A DNA stretch of 49,313 nt from Trichormus sp. ATA11-4-KO1 (GCA_019358915.1 JAHHIM010000034.1:1-49313); one strand, 5' to 3'. Shown: positions 9,281 to 19,736, counted from the first letter of the stretch. Notes: generated by a model from the letters alone, not told the origin. A program made the numbers and translations.

Positions 9281-10720
9281 TTACCCAACGCTACCTTCTA
9301 ACTTCAGACTCAATAATTTATCAGCTTCTACCGCAAATTCCATCGGTAGCTGATTAAACACATCCTTGCAGAAACCGCTAATCATCATGGAAATAGCGTC
9401 CTCCGACGAAATCCCCCGTTGAGCAAAGAAGAAGAGCTGATCTTCTCCAATCTTAGAAGTAGAAGCCTCATGCTCTACTTTGGCAGTATTATTTTGCACC
9501 TGAATATAAGGGAAAGTATTAGCATGGGCATTATCCCCAATCAACATCGAGTCACATTGAGAATAATTTCTCGCGCCTTTCGCCTTGGGATGCACCTTCA
9601 CCAAACCGCGATAGCTATTACTAGAATTACCCGCCGAGATTCCCTTAGAAATAATTGTACTACGAGTATTATTACCTACGTGAATCATCTTCGTACCCGT
9701 ATCAGCTTGCTGCATATTGTTTGTCAGCGCCACCGAGTAAAATTCACCCACAGAGTTATCACCCACCAATACACAGCTAGGATACTTCCAGGTAATCGCT
9801 GAACCGGTTTCTACTTGAGTCCAGGAAATCTTGGAATTCACACCCTGACACAAACCACGCTTGGTGACAAAGTTATAAATTCCGCCTTTGCCTTTTTCAT
9901 CGCCGGCGTACCAGTTTTGCACAGTGGAATATTTAATTTCGGCATTATCCAGCGCTACAAGTTCCACCACGGCCGCGTGGAGTTGGTTGCTGTCATACAT
10001 CGGCGCGGTGCAACCTTCTAGATAAGAAACATAGCTACCTTCTTCAGCAACAATCAAAGTCCGTTCAAATTGTCCTGTGTCACCTGAGTTAATGCGGAAG
10101 TAGGTAGAAAGTTCCATTGGGCATTTTACACCTTTAGGAATATATACGAAAGAACCATCACTGAATACAGCACCATTCAAAGCCGCAAAGTAATTATCTG
10201 CTGCGGGAACGACGCTACCCAGGTACTTTTGTACCAGTTCGGGATGTTCTTGCAATGCTTCGGAAATCGAGCAGAAGATTACTCCATCTTCGGCTAACTT
10301 TTCTTTAAATGTCGTAGCCACGGAAACGCTATCGAAAATCGCATCAACAGCAACGTTAGCTAGTCGCTTTTGTTCGGACAGCGAAATGCCTAGCTTCTCG
10401 AAAGTTTCCAGGAGAGTGGGATCTACTTCATCCAAACTATTGAGTTTGGCTTTCTTTTTCTTGGGCGCGGAATAGTAGATAATATTCTGATAATCTATGG
10501 GCGGATACTTGACACTAGGCCAAGTTGGTTCCGTCATTTTTTGCCACTGGCGATAACATCTGAGGCGGAAATCCAACATGAACTGCGGCTCGTTCTTCTT
10601 CGCGGAGATCAAGCGGATGACATCCTCATTTAGTCCACGCGGAATAGTGTCGGCCTCAATATCGGTGACAAAGCCGTACTTGTAGGGTTGGTTGACTAAG
10701 GTTTTGACAGTGGCACTCAT
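9281..10720 (-). CDS. sufB: Fe-S cluster assembly protein SufB
   Basis: [30 protein letters not shown]. Confidence 0.98.
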   Translation of the reverse strand: MSATVKTLVNQPYKYGFVTDIEADTIPRGLNEDVIRLISAKKNEPQFMLDFRLRCYRQWQKMTEPTWPSVKYPPIDYQNIIYYSAPKKKKAKLNSLDEVDPTLLETFEKLGISLSEQKRLANVAVDAIFDSVSVATTFKEKLAEDGVIFCSISEALQEHPELVQKYLGSVVPAADNYFAALNGAVFSDGSFVYIPKGVKCPMELSTYFRINSGDTGQFERTLIVAEEGSYVSYLEGCTAPMYDSNQLHAAVVELVALDNAEIKYSTVQNWYAGDEKGKGGIYNFVTKRGLCQGVNSKISWTQVETGSAITWKYPSCVLVGDNSVGEFYSVALTNNMQQADTGTKMIHVGNNTRSTIISKGISAGNSSNSYRGLVKVHPKAKGARNYSQCDSMLIGDNAHANTFPYIQVQNNTAKVEHEASTSKIGEDQLFFFAQRGISSEDAISMMISGFCKDVFNQLPMEFAVEADKLLSLKLEGSVG

Positions 10721-10859
10721 CGGTATTAGTCTCTCGTGTTCGGAACTGGAATCTTGTTATCTGAACTCTCTTTAAGGATCGGAGACGGTCTGGTATCTAG
10801 CTGATTCTCATCTTGCGTGACCGAGTGGTTAAACGGCTGTTAAGATGGGAGGAGGAGAG

Positions 10860-10927
10860 TTAAACAACAACTATGTTGTTTAATGTATCTTCATTTTACG
10901 CTAAATTAACAACAATGTTGTTGTTAA
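10860..10927. promoter_or_regulatory. Two SufR binding boxes (CAAC-N6-GTTG)
   Basis: TTAAACAAC-aactat-GTTGTTTAA at 10860-10883 and TTAACAAC-aatgtt-GTTGTTAA at 10906-10927, between divergent sufB and sufR. Confidence 0.9.
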
Positions 10928-10962
10928 AGTCAAATTTTCTGAAAAAAATTTTTGGGACTAAG

Positions 10963-11655
10963 ATGGCGACTATCCACCAGTCCTCCACCAAGCAAGATAT
11001 TCTGGAGTATCTGCTCAAACGCTCACAAGCAACTGCTTTTGAGCTAGCCGAAGTTTTAGATGTGAGTAAACAAGCGATTCGTCGTCATCTCAAAGATTTG
11101 GAGGCGGAAGAGCTGATTATATATTCGTCAGTGCAGGCGGGAATGGGGCGACCGCAGCACGTTTATCAATTAAGCCGTCGGGGACGCGATCGCCTGCAAA
11201 GAAAAATTAACAATATTCAAAGCGATCGCTACGGCGAATTTGCAGTATCGCTGCTGGACACGCTAGCGGAAACCGTAGGACGCGAACAAGTCAGCACAAT
11301 TTTACAAAAACAATGGGAACGTAAAGCTCAAGAATACCGCGAGATCCTAGGTAACGGTTCACTGCAAGAGCGTGTCGCTAACTTAGTGGAACTGAGGAAA
11401 TCGGAAGGTTTCATGGCAGAGTATCATTCTGTAGAATCAGATGACTCTTCCCCACAGGATAGTTTTATCTTTATGGAGCATAACTGCGCAATTTCCAATG
11501 TTGCCGAATCTTTCCCCAGCATTTGCGGTCATGAATTAGAAATGTTTGCTGCTGTTCTACCAGATTGTCAGGTAGAGCGTACCCATTGGATTATTAATGG
11601 TGAACATCGTTGCGGTTATTTGGTGCAAGCTCGAAAAGACCAATCTCATGAATAA
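10963..11655 (+). CDS. sufR: Fe-S cluster biosynthesis regulator SufR
   Basis: N-terminal HTH, GRP motif, HNCAI...ICGHE...HRCGY Cys ligands; divergent from sufB. Confidence 0.96.
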   Translation: MATIHQSSTKQDILEYLLKRSQATAFELAEVLDVSKQAIRRHLKDLEAEELIIYSSVQAGMGRPQHVYQLSRRGRDRLQRKINNIQSDRYGEFAVSLLDTLAETVGREQVSTILQKQWERKAQEYREILGNGSLQERVANLVELRKSEGFMAEYHSVESDDSSPQDSFIFMEHNCAISNVAESFPSICGHELEMFAAVLPDCQVERTHWIINGEHRCGYLVQARKDQSHE

Positions 11656-11774
11656 ATTTTGTTTTCACATTCAGTTTAGATCATGGGTAGTAGCTCAGTG
11701 GTAAAAGGGTTTACCAATTGAAAATTACTCATTGTCCATGACTTGGCATTTAACTAAGTTTGAGAACTAAATTT

Positions 11775-12035
11775 ATGGATACACAACCACAGCAACCTGC
11801 AACACAATTTCTCACCTTGGAAGAATCAGCAAAAGTAGATGCTGCTTTGTTATCGTCCTCAGAAAAGTTTTTAACAAGATTAACTATTTCGTCCCTCAAG
11901 CTCTTGAAATATATTGCTCAAGAGTATGGTGTGGCTATGGAAGATTTAACAACACAGCAACTGATTGCCTGGTTTGAAAAAGATGCCAAAGTTAAACGAG
12001 AGCAGGGAATTGAAGCTTCATTTCTGAAGTGGTGA
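11775..12035 (+). CDS. Conserved small cyanobacterial hypothetical protein
   Basis: 86-aa ORF: FLTLEESAKVDAALLS...EKFLTRLTISS...FLKW. Confidence 0.75.
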   Translation: MDTQPQQPATQFLTLEESAKVDAALLSSSEKFLTRLTISSLKLLKYIAQEYGVAMEDLTTQQLIAWFEKDAKVKREQGIEASFLKW

Positions 12036-12199
12036 TACTAATTCAATTCGTAATCTGAGACAGCTAATCATCTGCTTTCTGGTCAAACATTGAAGTTTTC
12101 AAATTCACAACAAAAAGGACATCTGAAAACCACATCAATTCAAACAATTATTCCTAGAAATTAAACATTTTTCACCATCTCTGAGCAATTTTCCCAGAA

Positions 12200-12438
12200 A
12201 TAACCTGCAATGCTACGGTCAAACAAAGGAACACGCGATCGCCTTAGAACAACTAGCCGATGAGTATCACCGGATGGCAGAAGAACGACAAAATATACAT
12301 TGGGACGCAGTGGAGCAATCAGACATTGGAGCGCCAATAGCCAAGAATTACCATGTAATTTTGCACTACAAACGCATTGCGAAGAAGAATCGAAGTTTGA
12401 GGAATACACAATACGATTATGGGATTGATTGCAGCTAA
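12200..12438 (+). pseudogene. Probable gene remnant next to the tRNA-Gly 3' end
   Basis: Stop-free stretch lacking a clear start: CYGQTKEHAIALEQLADEYHRMAEERQNIHWDAVEQ...YHVILHY. Confidence 0.35.
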
Positions 12439-12468
12439 GTCTAACAGCTAAATTGGGCAAAAAACTTA

Positions 12469-12539
12469 AGCGGGCGGCGGGAATCGAACCCGCATTAATA
12501 GCTTGGAAGGCTATAGTTTTACCACTAAACTACGCCCGC
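12469..12539 (-). tRNA. tRNA-Gly (anticodon TCC)
   Basis: GCGGGCG TAGTTTAGTGGTAAAAC TATAGC C-TTCCAA-GCTAT...GGTTCGATTCCC GCCGCCCGC T; CCA not encoded. Confidence 0.97.
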
Positions 12540-12589
12540 AACTTTCCAACTTTACAAATATAACACTCTTTTTGCGAAATTTCAAGCAT

Positions 12590-13819
12590 CTAATTGAGTC
12601 TAGCAGGCTGAATTGTGATGCGTACAAACACATTACTCAAATCTGGTTTCGTGCCATCGTTATTGTGGGCTGGCAAGAAATTGTCATTTCTAAAAATATC
12701 GTTGACAACTTCCTCATACAAGTTTTTTGCACTTTGTAGTCTCACGGGTTCTATTTCTAAAACTTTAGCTTGTTGAAAGTTGCCATTTTTATCAATTACT
12801 AGGCTGGCTAGAAACTGTGCAGGCTGAAGTGCAGAATCACTGGCAAGATAACTTAAATCCAATTGTTTTATGTTGCTTCCCTCATATACAGCTAGAACAT
12901 CGGGTAGACCATCTGGACTTAATCGACCCTCTTGTATCAATTGTCGCACTTCGTTGTCAGCTAAAGGAGCAACTTTTGCGATCGCTCCTCCATCGGTAGG
13001 AGTGCTTGCAGTTTCCCCGGTAGGTGTAGGTGCTGTTTCTTCACTCGGTATATTTGCAGTTTCCCCAGTAGGTGTAGGTGCTGTTTCTTCACTCAGTATA
13101 TTTGCAGTTTCTCCAGTAGGTGTAGGTGCTGTTTCTTCACTCGGTATATTTGCAGTTTCCCCTGGTTTAGCTTGTGCAACTTCCGGTTGTTCTGATGGAA
13201 TAGATGGAATATCTGTCGGTAGTGGTTGTCCCTTTCCTAGTAAGACTTCCTGGCGACGGTTCCAAGGAAGCTCACCAACTGGAATTGTTGGTGTTGGTGT
13301 CGGTGTCGGTGTCGGTGTAAATCCCGGTTCTGAAGCTATTTTCTCACGAAAGATTTGGGTATTAGGTTGAGAAGCTTCGGTTTTACTTTCATTAGGGAGA
13401 CTGGCATCAGAATTTGTCGCATCAGTATTCTGATTGTTAGGTCTAGTTGGCGCAGTTTCTGATGATAACTCTGGTGCAGACTGTTGAGGTGAGATTTGTG
13501 GTTGTGGGGAGACTGCTTGAGTTTGTAAATTAGATTTCTCAGGGATTGGTGGTTGTGGGGAGACTGCTTGAGTTGGTAAGTTAGATTTCTTAGTTGATTC
13601 TGCCTCAGGAGAAATTTCTATAAACTCAATGGGAACAATGGCTTGACTTTGCTGCGGAAACCACGGTGTAAAAACATTAGACGATCGCATTAACCAGAAA
13701 ACTAGCAAATGCAAGGAAAGTGAACTTACAGCTACAGCAATCCATAAACTTGGTGGATCAGTGTGCCGTCTCCAGACCTTGGTTGGAATTGGAGTTTTGT
13801 CCGTAACCGATGTTGTCAT
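12590..13819 (-). CDS. Membrane-anchored Pro/Thr-rich protein with TonB-like architecture
   Basis: N-terminal TM helix containing SLSLH, long P/T/E-rich linker, C-terminal alpha/beta domain. Confidence 0.65.
   Translation of the reverse strand: MTTSVTDKTPIPTKVWRRHTDPPSLWIAVAVSSLSLHLLVFWLMRSSNVFTPWFPQQSQAIVPIEFIEISPEAESTKKSNLPTQAVSPQPPIPEKSNLQTQAVSPQPQISPQQSAPELSSETAPTRPNNQNTDATNSDASLPNESKTEASQPNTQIFREKIASEPGFTPTPTPTPTPTIPVGELPWNRRQEVLLGKGQPLPTDIPSIPSEQPEVAQAKPGETANIPSEETAPTPTGETANILSEETAPTPTGETANIPSEETAPTPTGETASTPTDGGAIAKVAPLADNEVRQLIQEGRLSPDGLPDVLAVYEGSNIKQLDLSYLASDSALQPAQFLASLVIDKNGNFQQAKVLEIEPVRLQSAKNLYEEVVNDIFRNDNFLPAHNNDGTKPDLSNVFVRITIQPARLN
13006..13166 (-). repeat. 48-bp coding tandem repeat (GETANIPSEETAPTPT), about 3.3 copies
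   Basis: Unit TTGCAGTTTCCCCGGTAGGTGTAGGTGCTGTTTCTTCACTCGGTATAT repeated without spacers. Confidence 0.9.
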
Positions 13820-13860
13820 ATTTGAACCCAGATATGATTAGGCAAAATCCAGTTTTCATT

Positions 13861-16800
13861 TTAGCGATTAGCCATTAGCTCTGGTGTAACTGCAAAGGTC
13901 AGAACTGTTTCATCGACCCCTTTAAGTTTTAGTGGACTACCTTTAGTAATTTCTTCATCCTGCAAATAATCTGCCACAGCAGCAGAAACAAGAATCGTAC
14001 CGGGAACAGCAGCAGATTGTAACCTGGCCGCAATATTCACGCTCGGCCCGATAGCTGTATAGTCGGCACGTTTAGCGCTACCAAACATACCTACAACCGC
14101 CGTACCTTGGTGAATACCACAGCGAAACTGTACGCCTGAATGTCCGTGACTTTCAAATATACCTTGGTCTTGCCAGCGCTGGTTCAACTGAGCTAGTGAT
14201 CGTTGCATTGCTCTTGCTGTACTGATAGCACGACGCACTTGTTCATTGGGCGTGAGTTCTTCTGGCGCTCCGTATAAAGCTAAAATAGCATCTCCCATAA
14301 ATTTATCCACGGTGCCGCCATTATCAAATACAACTTTAGTCATGGCTTCTAAATATTCATTCAGCAATTCTGCCACTCGTCGGGATCTTAGGGTGTTTGC
14401 TAACTGGGTAAATCCTACGATGTCACTAAATAAAACTGTGATCAAACGCGGTTCTGGTCGCAAATCTAGAGTTAATGTTCCAGCTGCCGCTTTTTGCACC
14501 AATACAGTTGGTAAGAAGCGTTTAAGCACTGATTCTGTCAGATAAGTATTTAGCTCCACAACCCGCCGTTCATTTGCCTTCAATGCTAGGAGATTCCTGA
14601 CTTCTGCCAGAAGTTCCCTGTCATTAAATGGTTTCGCTAAATAAGCATCCGCGCCATGTTCTGTACTTTCGATGCGGGTTTCCTCATCAACTTTCGCTGT
14701 GAGCAGAACGATTGGTGTTCCTTGCAATTTCTCCTCATTGCGGATCATCTGAATCATTTCTAGTCCTGTGACCAATGGCATCATCAAGTCTGTAACTATC
14801 AAGCTGGGTGCAATGTCCTGAGCTTTACCAAACCCTTCATAACCGTTACGAGCTGTGTGGACTTGATAGCCGTTGCGGCGGAGGATATCAGACACATAAG
14901 TTCGCAAATCCGGGTTGTCGTCTACGACTAAGATAGAGTGCTGAGTGCTGAGTGCTGTTAGCGGTAGCGGGGCGTTTAGCCCGTGCTGAGTGTTGCCTGA
15001 GTGCTGAGTGCCAGAATTTTTTATAATGTCTTCAATATTGTCTGTATTTGGTTCTACTAGTTCTAAGTCAGCTAATTCTACCGTAGCGCGACTCGTATTC
15101 AGTTCAATAGAAGTTTCCAGGACTTGCTCTATAGGTAAGTGAGAATTTCCCGTAACTAGCCATAAGGTAAAGGTGGTACCTTGTCCGTAAATTGAGTCTA
15201 CAGTGACTTTGCCACCGTGCAGTTCTACTAATTCTTTGACTAAAGCTAAACCTAAACCACTGCCTTCATAGGAGCGGTTCTCTGAGCCTTCAGCTTGGCG
15301 AAAGCGTTCAAATAATTGGGGAATCTGTTCTTGAACAATGCCAATTCCCGTGTCTTGGACTTGCAATCGGCAATGGTTTTCTTCAGATTGCAGTTTAACG
15401 CTGATTGTGCCCCCTTCAGGAGTAAACTTCATCGCATTTGACAGGAGGTTATAAACCACCTTGTCAAATTTTTCCATATCTAGGTAAACTGTGGGACATT
15501 CACCCATTTCGGTAACCAACTGTAGTCCTTTTTTTTCGCAATAGGGGCGAAATGACTCAACAATTTGGTTGACAAATTCCACTAAATCACAGGGACGGAA
15601 ACTAGGTTGCATTCGTCCTGCATCCAAGCGTTGTAGATCCAGTAATTGGTTTACCAGTCTTAGGAGGCGGCGGGAATTACGCAGAGCGATCGCACTTTGT
15701 TCATGGGATAATCCTTCACCAGCACTTACAGCAGATTCTAAAGGCCCTTGAATTAAGGTGATGGGAGTGCGAAATTCATGGGAGATATTTTGAAAAAATT
15801 CGGTTTTTTGTTTATCTAGTTGCAATAGGCGCTCGGCTTGCTCACGAGTTTTTTGATATAACCTTGACTGCTGCACAGCGATCGCGGCTTGCACGGCTAC
15901 TGCTTTAGCCAGTTCGATATCATATGATAACCACTGTCGTGATTTGTTACCTTCATGTAAAGTAATACTACCAATACATTTGCCATCAGCCAGTAGAGGC
16001 ACAACCATGAGCGATCGCACTGGCATTTTTAAAGGCAAATCAAAACCCTTGATTTCTAAATCACAGAAGCTACTATCAGTAATTACTACAGGCTCTTGTG
16101 TTCGTAAAATTTCTTGTAGGATGGGATTTTCCTGAATAGCTACTTGGGAGTTTGGTAATTCCTGTGTGAATATTTTGTCTGGATTTAACAGTGGAGAATT
16201 TTCAGGATGTTGAGAACTGTCATACAAGCCCACACAATGGACAAACTCATCTTCCTCTGTCCATAGAGACAACATACAACCATCCACTTGTAAAGCTTGT
16301 CCCAGTTGTTGGGTAATTGCCGCAAAGATATCTTCAGGATCTAAGCTGGAACGAATCGCAGTTGTGATTGTATTAATTAAAACTTCTCGTTTAGCAAGGG
16401 CACGTACCTGCTCGTAGGCGTAAGCTTGAGACAAAGCTAAAGCAGCCTGGTCTGCTACCATCGATACCAACTGTACCTCTTCATTACCCCAAAAGCGCGG
16501 CTGAGAACACTGGTGTAATGCTAGCACTGCCATTAGTTCTTGTTGGCAAATCAGGGGCACAATTAAGCTAGAGCAAATGTTAGCGGTAGCAAAAACTGCT
16601 GCCCGTTGATCCAGTTTGGGACTTTCCCCCTGGATGCGCTCATCGCCTGATACATCGTAAATTACCTCAACTTCGCGGGTTTCCCAAACTGTTTGTGCAA
16701 AAAGAGGCAGGGAGGTATTTGCATCAACATGATCTCTTTTTTGCTCATCAGGAAGCTTCTGGTAAATAAATCCTTCATCCACCAACTGCCCATCTTGAAA

Positions 16801-17355
16801 GGGACGTAATAGGCAAACATCCACCTCCAACATATGACCCACTGTATCGACAATTGCCTGCAAAATTTGCCGATAATCTAGGGCGCTGCGAATTGTATTG
16901 GTAACGGTATTTAGCAGTGATTCTTGTCGGAGAGTGCGCGTCAGTTCCCGGGTACGGGCTTTGAGGACATTGTGGGTATCGAGGGCTTGGCGTACTACCG
17001 CTTTAAGTTCCTCTCCTTCCCAGGGTTTAGTAACATATTTAAAGACCTTACCAGCATTGATTGCTTCCACTAGGTCTTCGACATCAGTGTAACCAGTTAA
17101 AATAATGCGGATAATATCTGGATATTGAGTTGCTGTCAGGCTCAAAAATTCCGTACCGCTCATGATCGGCATTCGCTGATCGGAGATGATCACCGAGACT
17201 TCTCCTTCTTGCGCCAGCAGATCTAGTGCCGCAGGGCCAGAGGTTGCCCTCAGCACCTTATATTCACGATAGAAGGTGCGGTAAAGCAAGTCAAGGTTGT
17301 CTGGTTCATCATCAACAACCAAAATTGTGGGCTTACTGTTTACTTGGGATTTCAT
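13861..17355 (-). CDS. cyaC: Hybrid histidine kinase/adenylate cyclase CyaC (REC-GAF-GAF-HisKA-HATPase-REC-cyclase)
   Basis: VVDDEPDN, SHEFRTP, GSGLGL, second REC, FSDIVGFT/DKFMGDA/GPSVNIAARL. Confidence 0.93.
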   Translation of the reverse strand: MKSQVNSKPTILVVDDEPDNLDLLYRTFYREYKVLRATSGPAALDLLAQEGEVSVIISDQRMPIMSGTEFLSLTATQYPDIIRIILTGYTDVEDLVEAINAGKVFKYVTKPWEGEELKAVVRQALDTHNVLKARTRELTRTLRQESLLNTVTNTIRSALDYRQILQAIVDTVGHMLEVDVCLLRPFQDGQLVDEGFIYQKLPDEQKRDHVDANTSLPLFAQTVWETREVEVIYDVSGDERIQGESPKLDQRAAVFATANICSSLIVPLICQQELMAVLALHQCSQPRFWGNEEVQLVSMVADQAALALSQAYAYEQVRALAKREVLINTITTAIRSSLDPEDIFAAITQQLGQALQVDGCMLSLWTEEDEFVHCVGLYDSSQHPENSPLLNPDKIFTQELPNSQVAIQENPILQEILRTQEPVVITDSSFCDLEIKGFDLPLKMPVRSLMVVPLLADGKCIGSITLHEGNKSRQWLSYDIELAKAVAVQAAIAVQQSRLYQKTREQAERLLQLDKQKTEFFQNISHEFRTPITLIQGPLESAVSAGEGLSHEQSAIALRNSRRLLRLVNQLLDLQRLDAGRMQPSFRPCDLVEFVNQIVESFRPYCEKKGLQLVTEMGECPTVYLDMEKFDKVVYNLLSNAMKFTPEGGTISVKLQSEENHCRLQVQDTGIGIVQEQIPQLFERFRQAEGSENRSYEGSGLGLALVKELVELHGGKVTVDSIYGQGTTFTLWLVTGNSHLPIEQVLETSIELNTSRATVELADLELVEPNTDNIEDIIKNSGTQHSGNTQHGLNAPLPLTALSTQHSILVVDDNPDLRTYVSDILRRNGYQVHTARNGYEGFGKAQDIAPSLIVTDLMMPLVTGLEMIQMIRNEEKLQGTPIVLLTAKVDEETRIESTEHGADAYLAKPFNDRELLAEVRNLLALKANERRVVELNTYLTESVLKRFLPTVLVQKAAAGTLTLDLRPEPRLITVLFSDIVGFTQLANTLRSRRVAELLNEYLEAMTKVVFDNGGTVDKFMGDAILALYGAPEELTPNEQVRRAISTARAMQRSLAQLNQRWQDQGIFESHGHSGVQFRCGIHQGTAVVGMFGSAKRADYTAIGPSVNIAARLQSAAVPGTILVSAAVADYLQDEEITKGSPLKLKGVDETVLTFAVTPELMANR
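14936..15010. repeat. STRR heptamers (TGCTGAG) with a nested short dispersed repeat, in frame within cyaC
   Basis: (TGCTGAG)n interrupted by TTAGCGGTAGCGGGGCGTTTAGCCC at 14958-14982. Confidence 0.8.
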
Positions 17356-17887
17356 GCACCGCTTTCCTGCTGCAACGGCAGTCGGATAAAGAATAGTCTG
17401 ATCAGGTGGGAATGTTTCTGAGTCAGGTAAGAGCAGAGCATTTCGACCAATAAGGCTATTTGGCTACATGACTGCTGAGTGTAAGAATATTTACTCACAG
17501 TAATTTGCCTCAATGGCTTGTGCCGATTGCCAATTGCTCTAGTGCAGCGCAATTTGCTTGAGTAATTATGGTGTTACAGAGTTGATTCTGGCTTGCCAAA
17601 TCTTCCTGAACCTCCGGCGAGAAATATCCAATATTATGTACAGCACTGAAGCTGGCTGCAAACACCAGCTGTAGCTGCATATTAAGTTTTCCCGTTGCAG
17701 CAGTTGCACTAACATTTGTAGGTAAATTTTTATTTATGCCAATTATGGTTGAGTCAGCAATATTACAACAGATAAGCTAGAAAAGCAAAGTATTTTATTA
17801 TACAAATATCCTTGGTAATTGAGTCATGAGAACTATTAGTAAAATTAACTAGTAATGTCTAGATTTACACTGCTGCTACAAGTATAT

Positions 17888-18073
17888 CTAGTGAGGTTGA
17901 CACTTGCCAGCCCTAATCAATCCAACACGATGGGCGATCGCTTCTTCTGGGGAAGTGAAAGGCCTCCACTGCTCTATAATCTCAGAATTACCCTCTCCCA
18001 CGAGTTCACTAGGGACAATTTCGCAGTTGCCAGTAATATGCTTGACAACAAAATATTTTTGTGTATCGCTCAT
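17888..18073 (-). CDS. Small conserved cyanobacterial hypothetical protein (61 aa)
   Basis: YFVVKHITGNCEIV...W.PF.S.EEAIAHRVGLIRAGKCQP pattern. Confidence 0.7.
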   Translation of the reverse strand: MSDTQKYFVVKHITGNCEIVPSELVGEGNSEIIEQWRPFTSPEEAIAHRVGLIRAGKCQPH

Positions 18074-18109
18074 GCTAAAAATATAAATCTTGTTTTTTAC
18101 CCTTCCCAG

Positions 18110-18249
18110 TAAGTAAGTCGGCGAGAAAAATCAAACTACGTTAAGCAATGTAAAATAATTGAAATTCAGTTTGTAGTGAAGACTTTAGTCCTCAAATAAG
18201 GGCTGAAGCCCTTACTACAAACTTTTAATTATTTACGCCGTCCTACTTA
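18110..18249. mobile_element. MITE-like element (140 bp)
   Basis: Imperfect terminal inverted repeats TAAGTAAGTCGGCG / CGCCGTCCTACTTA (12 of 14 match); internal REP-like double hairpin. Confidence 0.65.
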
Positions 18250-18293
18250 GCAAGAACCAACAGATGATTGAGGTGTGGGAAATTATGTATATG

Positions 18294-19736
18294 TTAAATT
18301 TTTCCTGGTAAGTCCAACTTTCGTAGCTGCTTACAGTTATAGAAACCAAATATCAGCCAGAACGCCAGGATCGTTGCTGTTAATAGCAAAATCGGCATGG
18401 GGCCAAACTGGACAACCAAAGGCGGTGCAGCAGCAGTAAATAAGCCTCCACCCACAATAGGTTCAAACAGCAATTGTTTATAAGCAAAACTTTCAAAAGC
18501 ACCGGAACGATTATCTGGATCTACCATTCGCAATAACAATAATCCAGTAGAAGTGACACCCATTGATTGTCCCATGTCGCCAACACCCCGTTCAAACCAA
18601 TAAAAAGGTAGTAAACGAGGGCCTAAAAAGACGAAAGCGCAGATATTCCACGCAATACCAGCAACTGACAAAATCATGAAGGGAGCTAAATTATCTCCTA
18701 GTACCGCCAGGGAAATACTCGCTAAAGCTGTGACAATAGTAATATCTAATGCCAGTCCACCAATCCGCTCCATGAGGACACGGCTAATCAAATAAGTGCG
18801 TCTGGTACGTACAAGTATATATTGCACGATGATGCCACCAATGAGGGCGATGGGAAATAGGGGTACATAGGGCATTAAGAGTAGTCCAGTTTGTCCCCAT
18901 GTAACTGATTCTAGCCAGCGCGCTGCTGCTAAAATTAGCCAGCCAAATGCTACTGCGAGTCCCACAAAACCAAAATTGAGTGACAAAGGATCAATTAGTA
19001 AGTCACGAAATAAATTTTCTCTGGCCGTGATCACACTGGGATGTTCATCTTTGATTTGACTTTCTCTCTCTACATTTTCCAAATTAACCATTGGTTCACG
19101 GCTGACTTGGACGCGTCCGGTGCGTCGTCCCCAATTGATTAAAATTGTGCCGGCAACCACTCCCGAAACAAGTCCTACTGTTGCTAAAGCTAAAGATAAA
19201 TCAGCGCCAGCAGCAAATCCCAAGTCTGTAAAAGTTTGCGCCATCCCTGCTGATGTGCCGTGTCCTCCTTCAAAGGCGACCTCAATTAAACAGCCGACTA
19301 TGGGAGGTAAACCAAAAATTGGTGTTAATACTGTAATAGCTAGTAGCAAACCTACCACATATTGTCCCCAAGCGATCGCCTGACCTAAAGCCACTTGGGG
19401 CGCAGCTTTTCGCCAAAATTCTTGTAATCCGGGTACGTATTGTCCGAGAAACAAAGTGGCAAAAACAATGTTAATAAAAATACTGGGAGACTGTGACCAT
19501 ACTGCCTGAATATTTTCAGAAAATATCCCTGTAACTAAGGGTGATTCGGGATCTATGGCTTGGATAATTGCACCCAAAGCACTCTTACTTAGCAGTAAAG
19601 CAATGATCCCAGCCACAATAGAACTAGGAATGTAGAGCGATCGCAATACCCAAAGGCGTTGTCTAATTAATCGCCCCAGCAAAATTAAAATAGCGATAAC
19701 AATATAAGCCCAGAACACGTCTATAAGATTGAACAT
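18294..19736 (-). CDS. gltS: Sodium/glutamate symporter
   Basis: Polytopic membrane protein; FEGGHGT and GQSMGVTSTGLLLLRMVDP motifs. Confidence 0.88.
   Translation of the reverse strand: MFNLIDVFWAYIVIAILILLGRLIRQRLWVLRSLYIPSSIVAGIIALLLSKSALGAIIQAIDPESPLVTGIFSENIQAVWSQSPSIFINIVFATLFLGQYVPGLQEFWRKAAPQVALGQAIAWGQYVVGLLLAITVLTPIFGLPPIVGCLIEVAFEGGHGTSAGMAQTFTDLGFAAGADLSLALATVGLVSGVVAGTILINWGRRTGRVQVSREPMVNLENVERESQIKDEHPSVITARENLFRDLLIDPLSLNFGFVGLAVAFGWLILAAARWLESVTWGQTGLLLMPYVPLFPIALIGGIIVQYILVRTRRTYLISRVLMERIGGLALDITIVTALASISLAVLGDNLAPFMILSVAGIAWNICAFVFLGPRLLPFYWFERGVGDMGQSMGVTSTGLLLLRMVDPDNRSGAFESFAYKQLLFEPIVGGGLFTAAAPPLVVQFGPMPILLLTATILAFWLIFGFYNCKQLRKLDLPGKI

Noticed and set aside
11685..11708. 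GTAGCTCAGTGGTA resembling a tRNA D-arm
   Set aside because: The D-stem does not close, and no anticodon arm or TTCGA T-loop follows.
12161..12460. 99-aa minus-strand ORF
   Set aside because: No recognisable motifs; the opposite strand looks more protein-like.
13006..13166. 48-bp repeats as a possible CRISPR array
   Set aside because: Head-to-tail with no unique spacers, and in frame within a coding linker.
17352..17552. 66-aa ORF upstream of cyaC
   Set aside because: Non-ATG start, no recognisable features; probably leader or promoter sequence.
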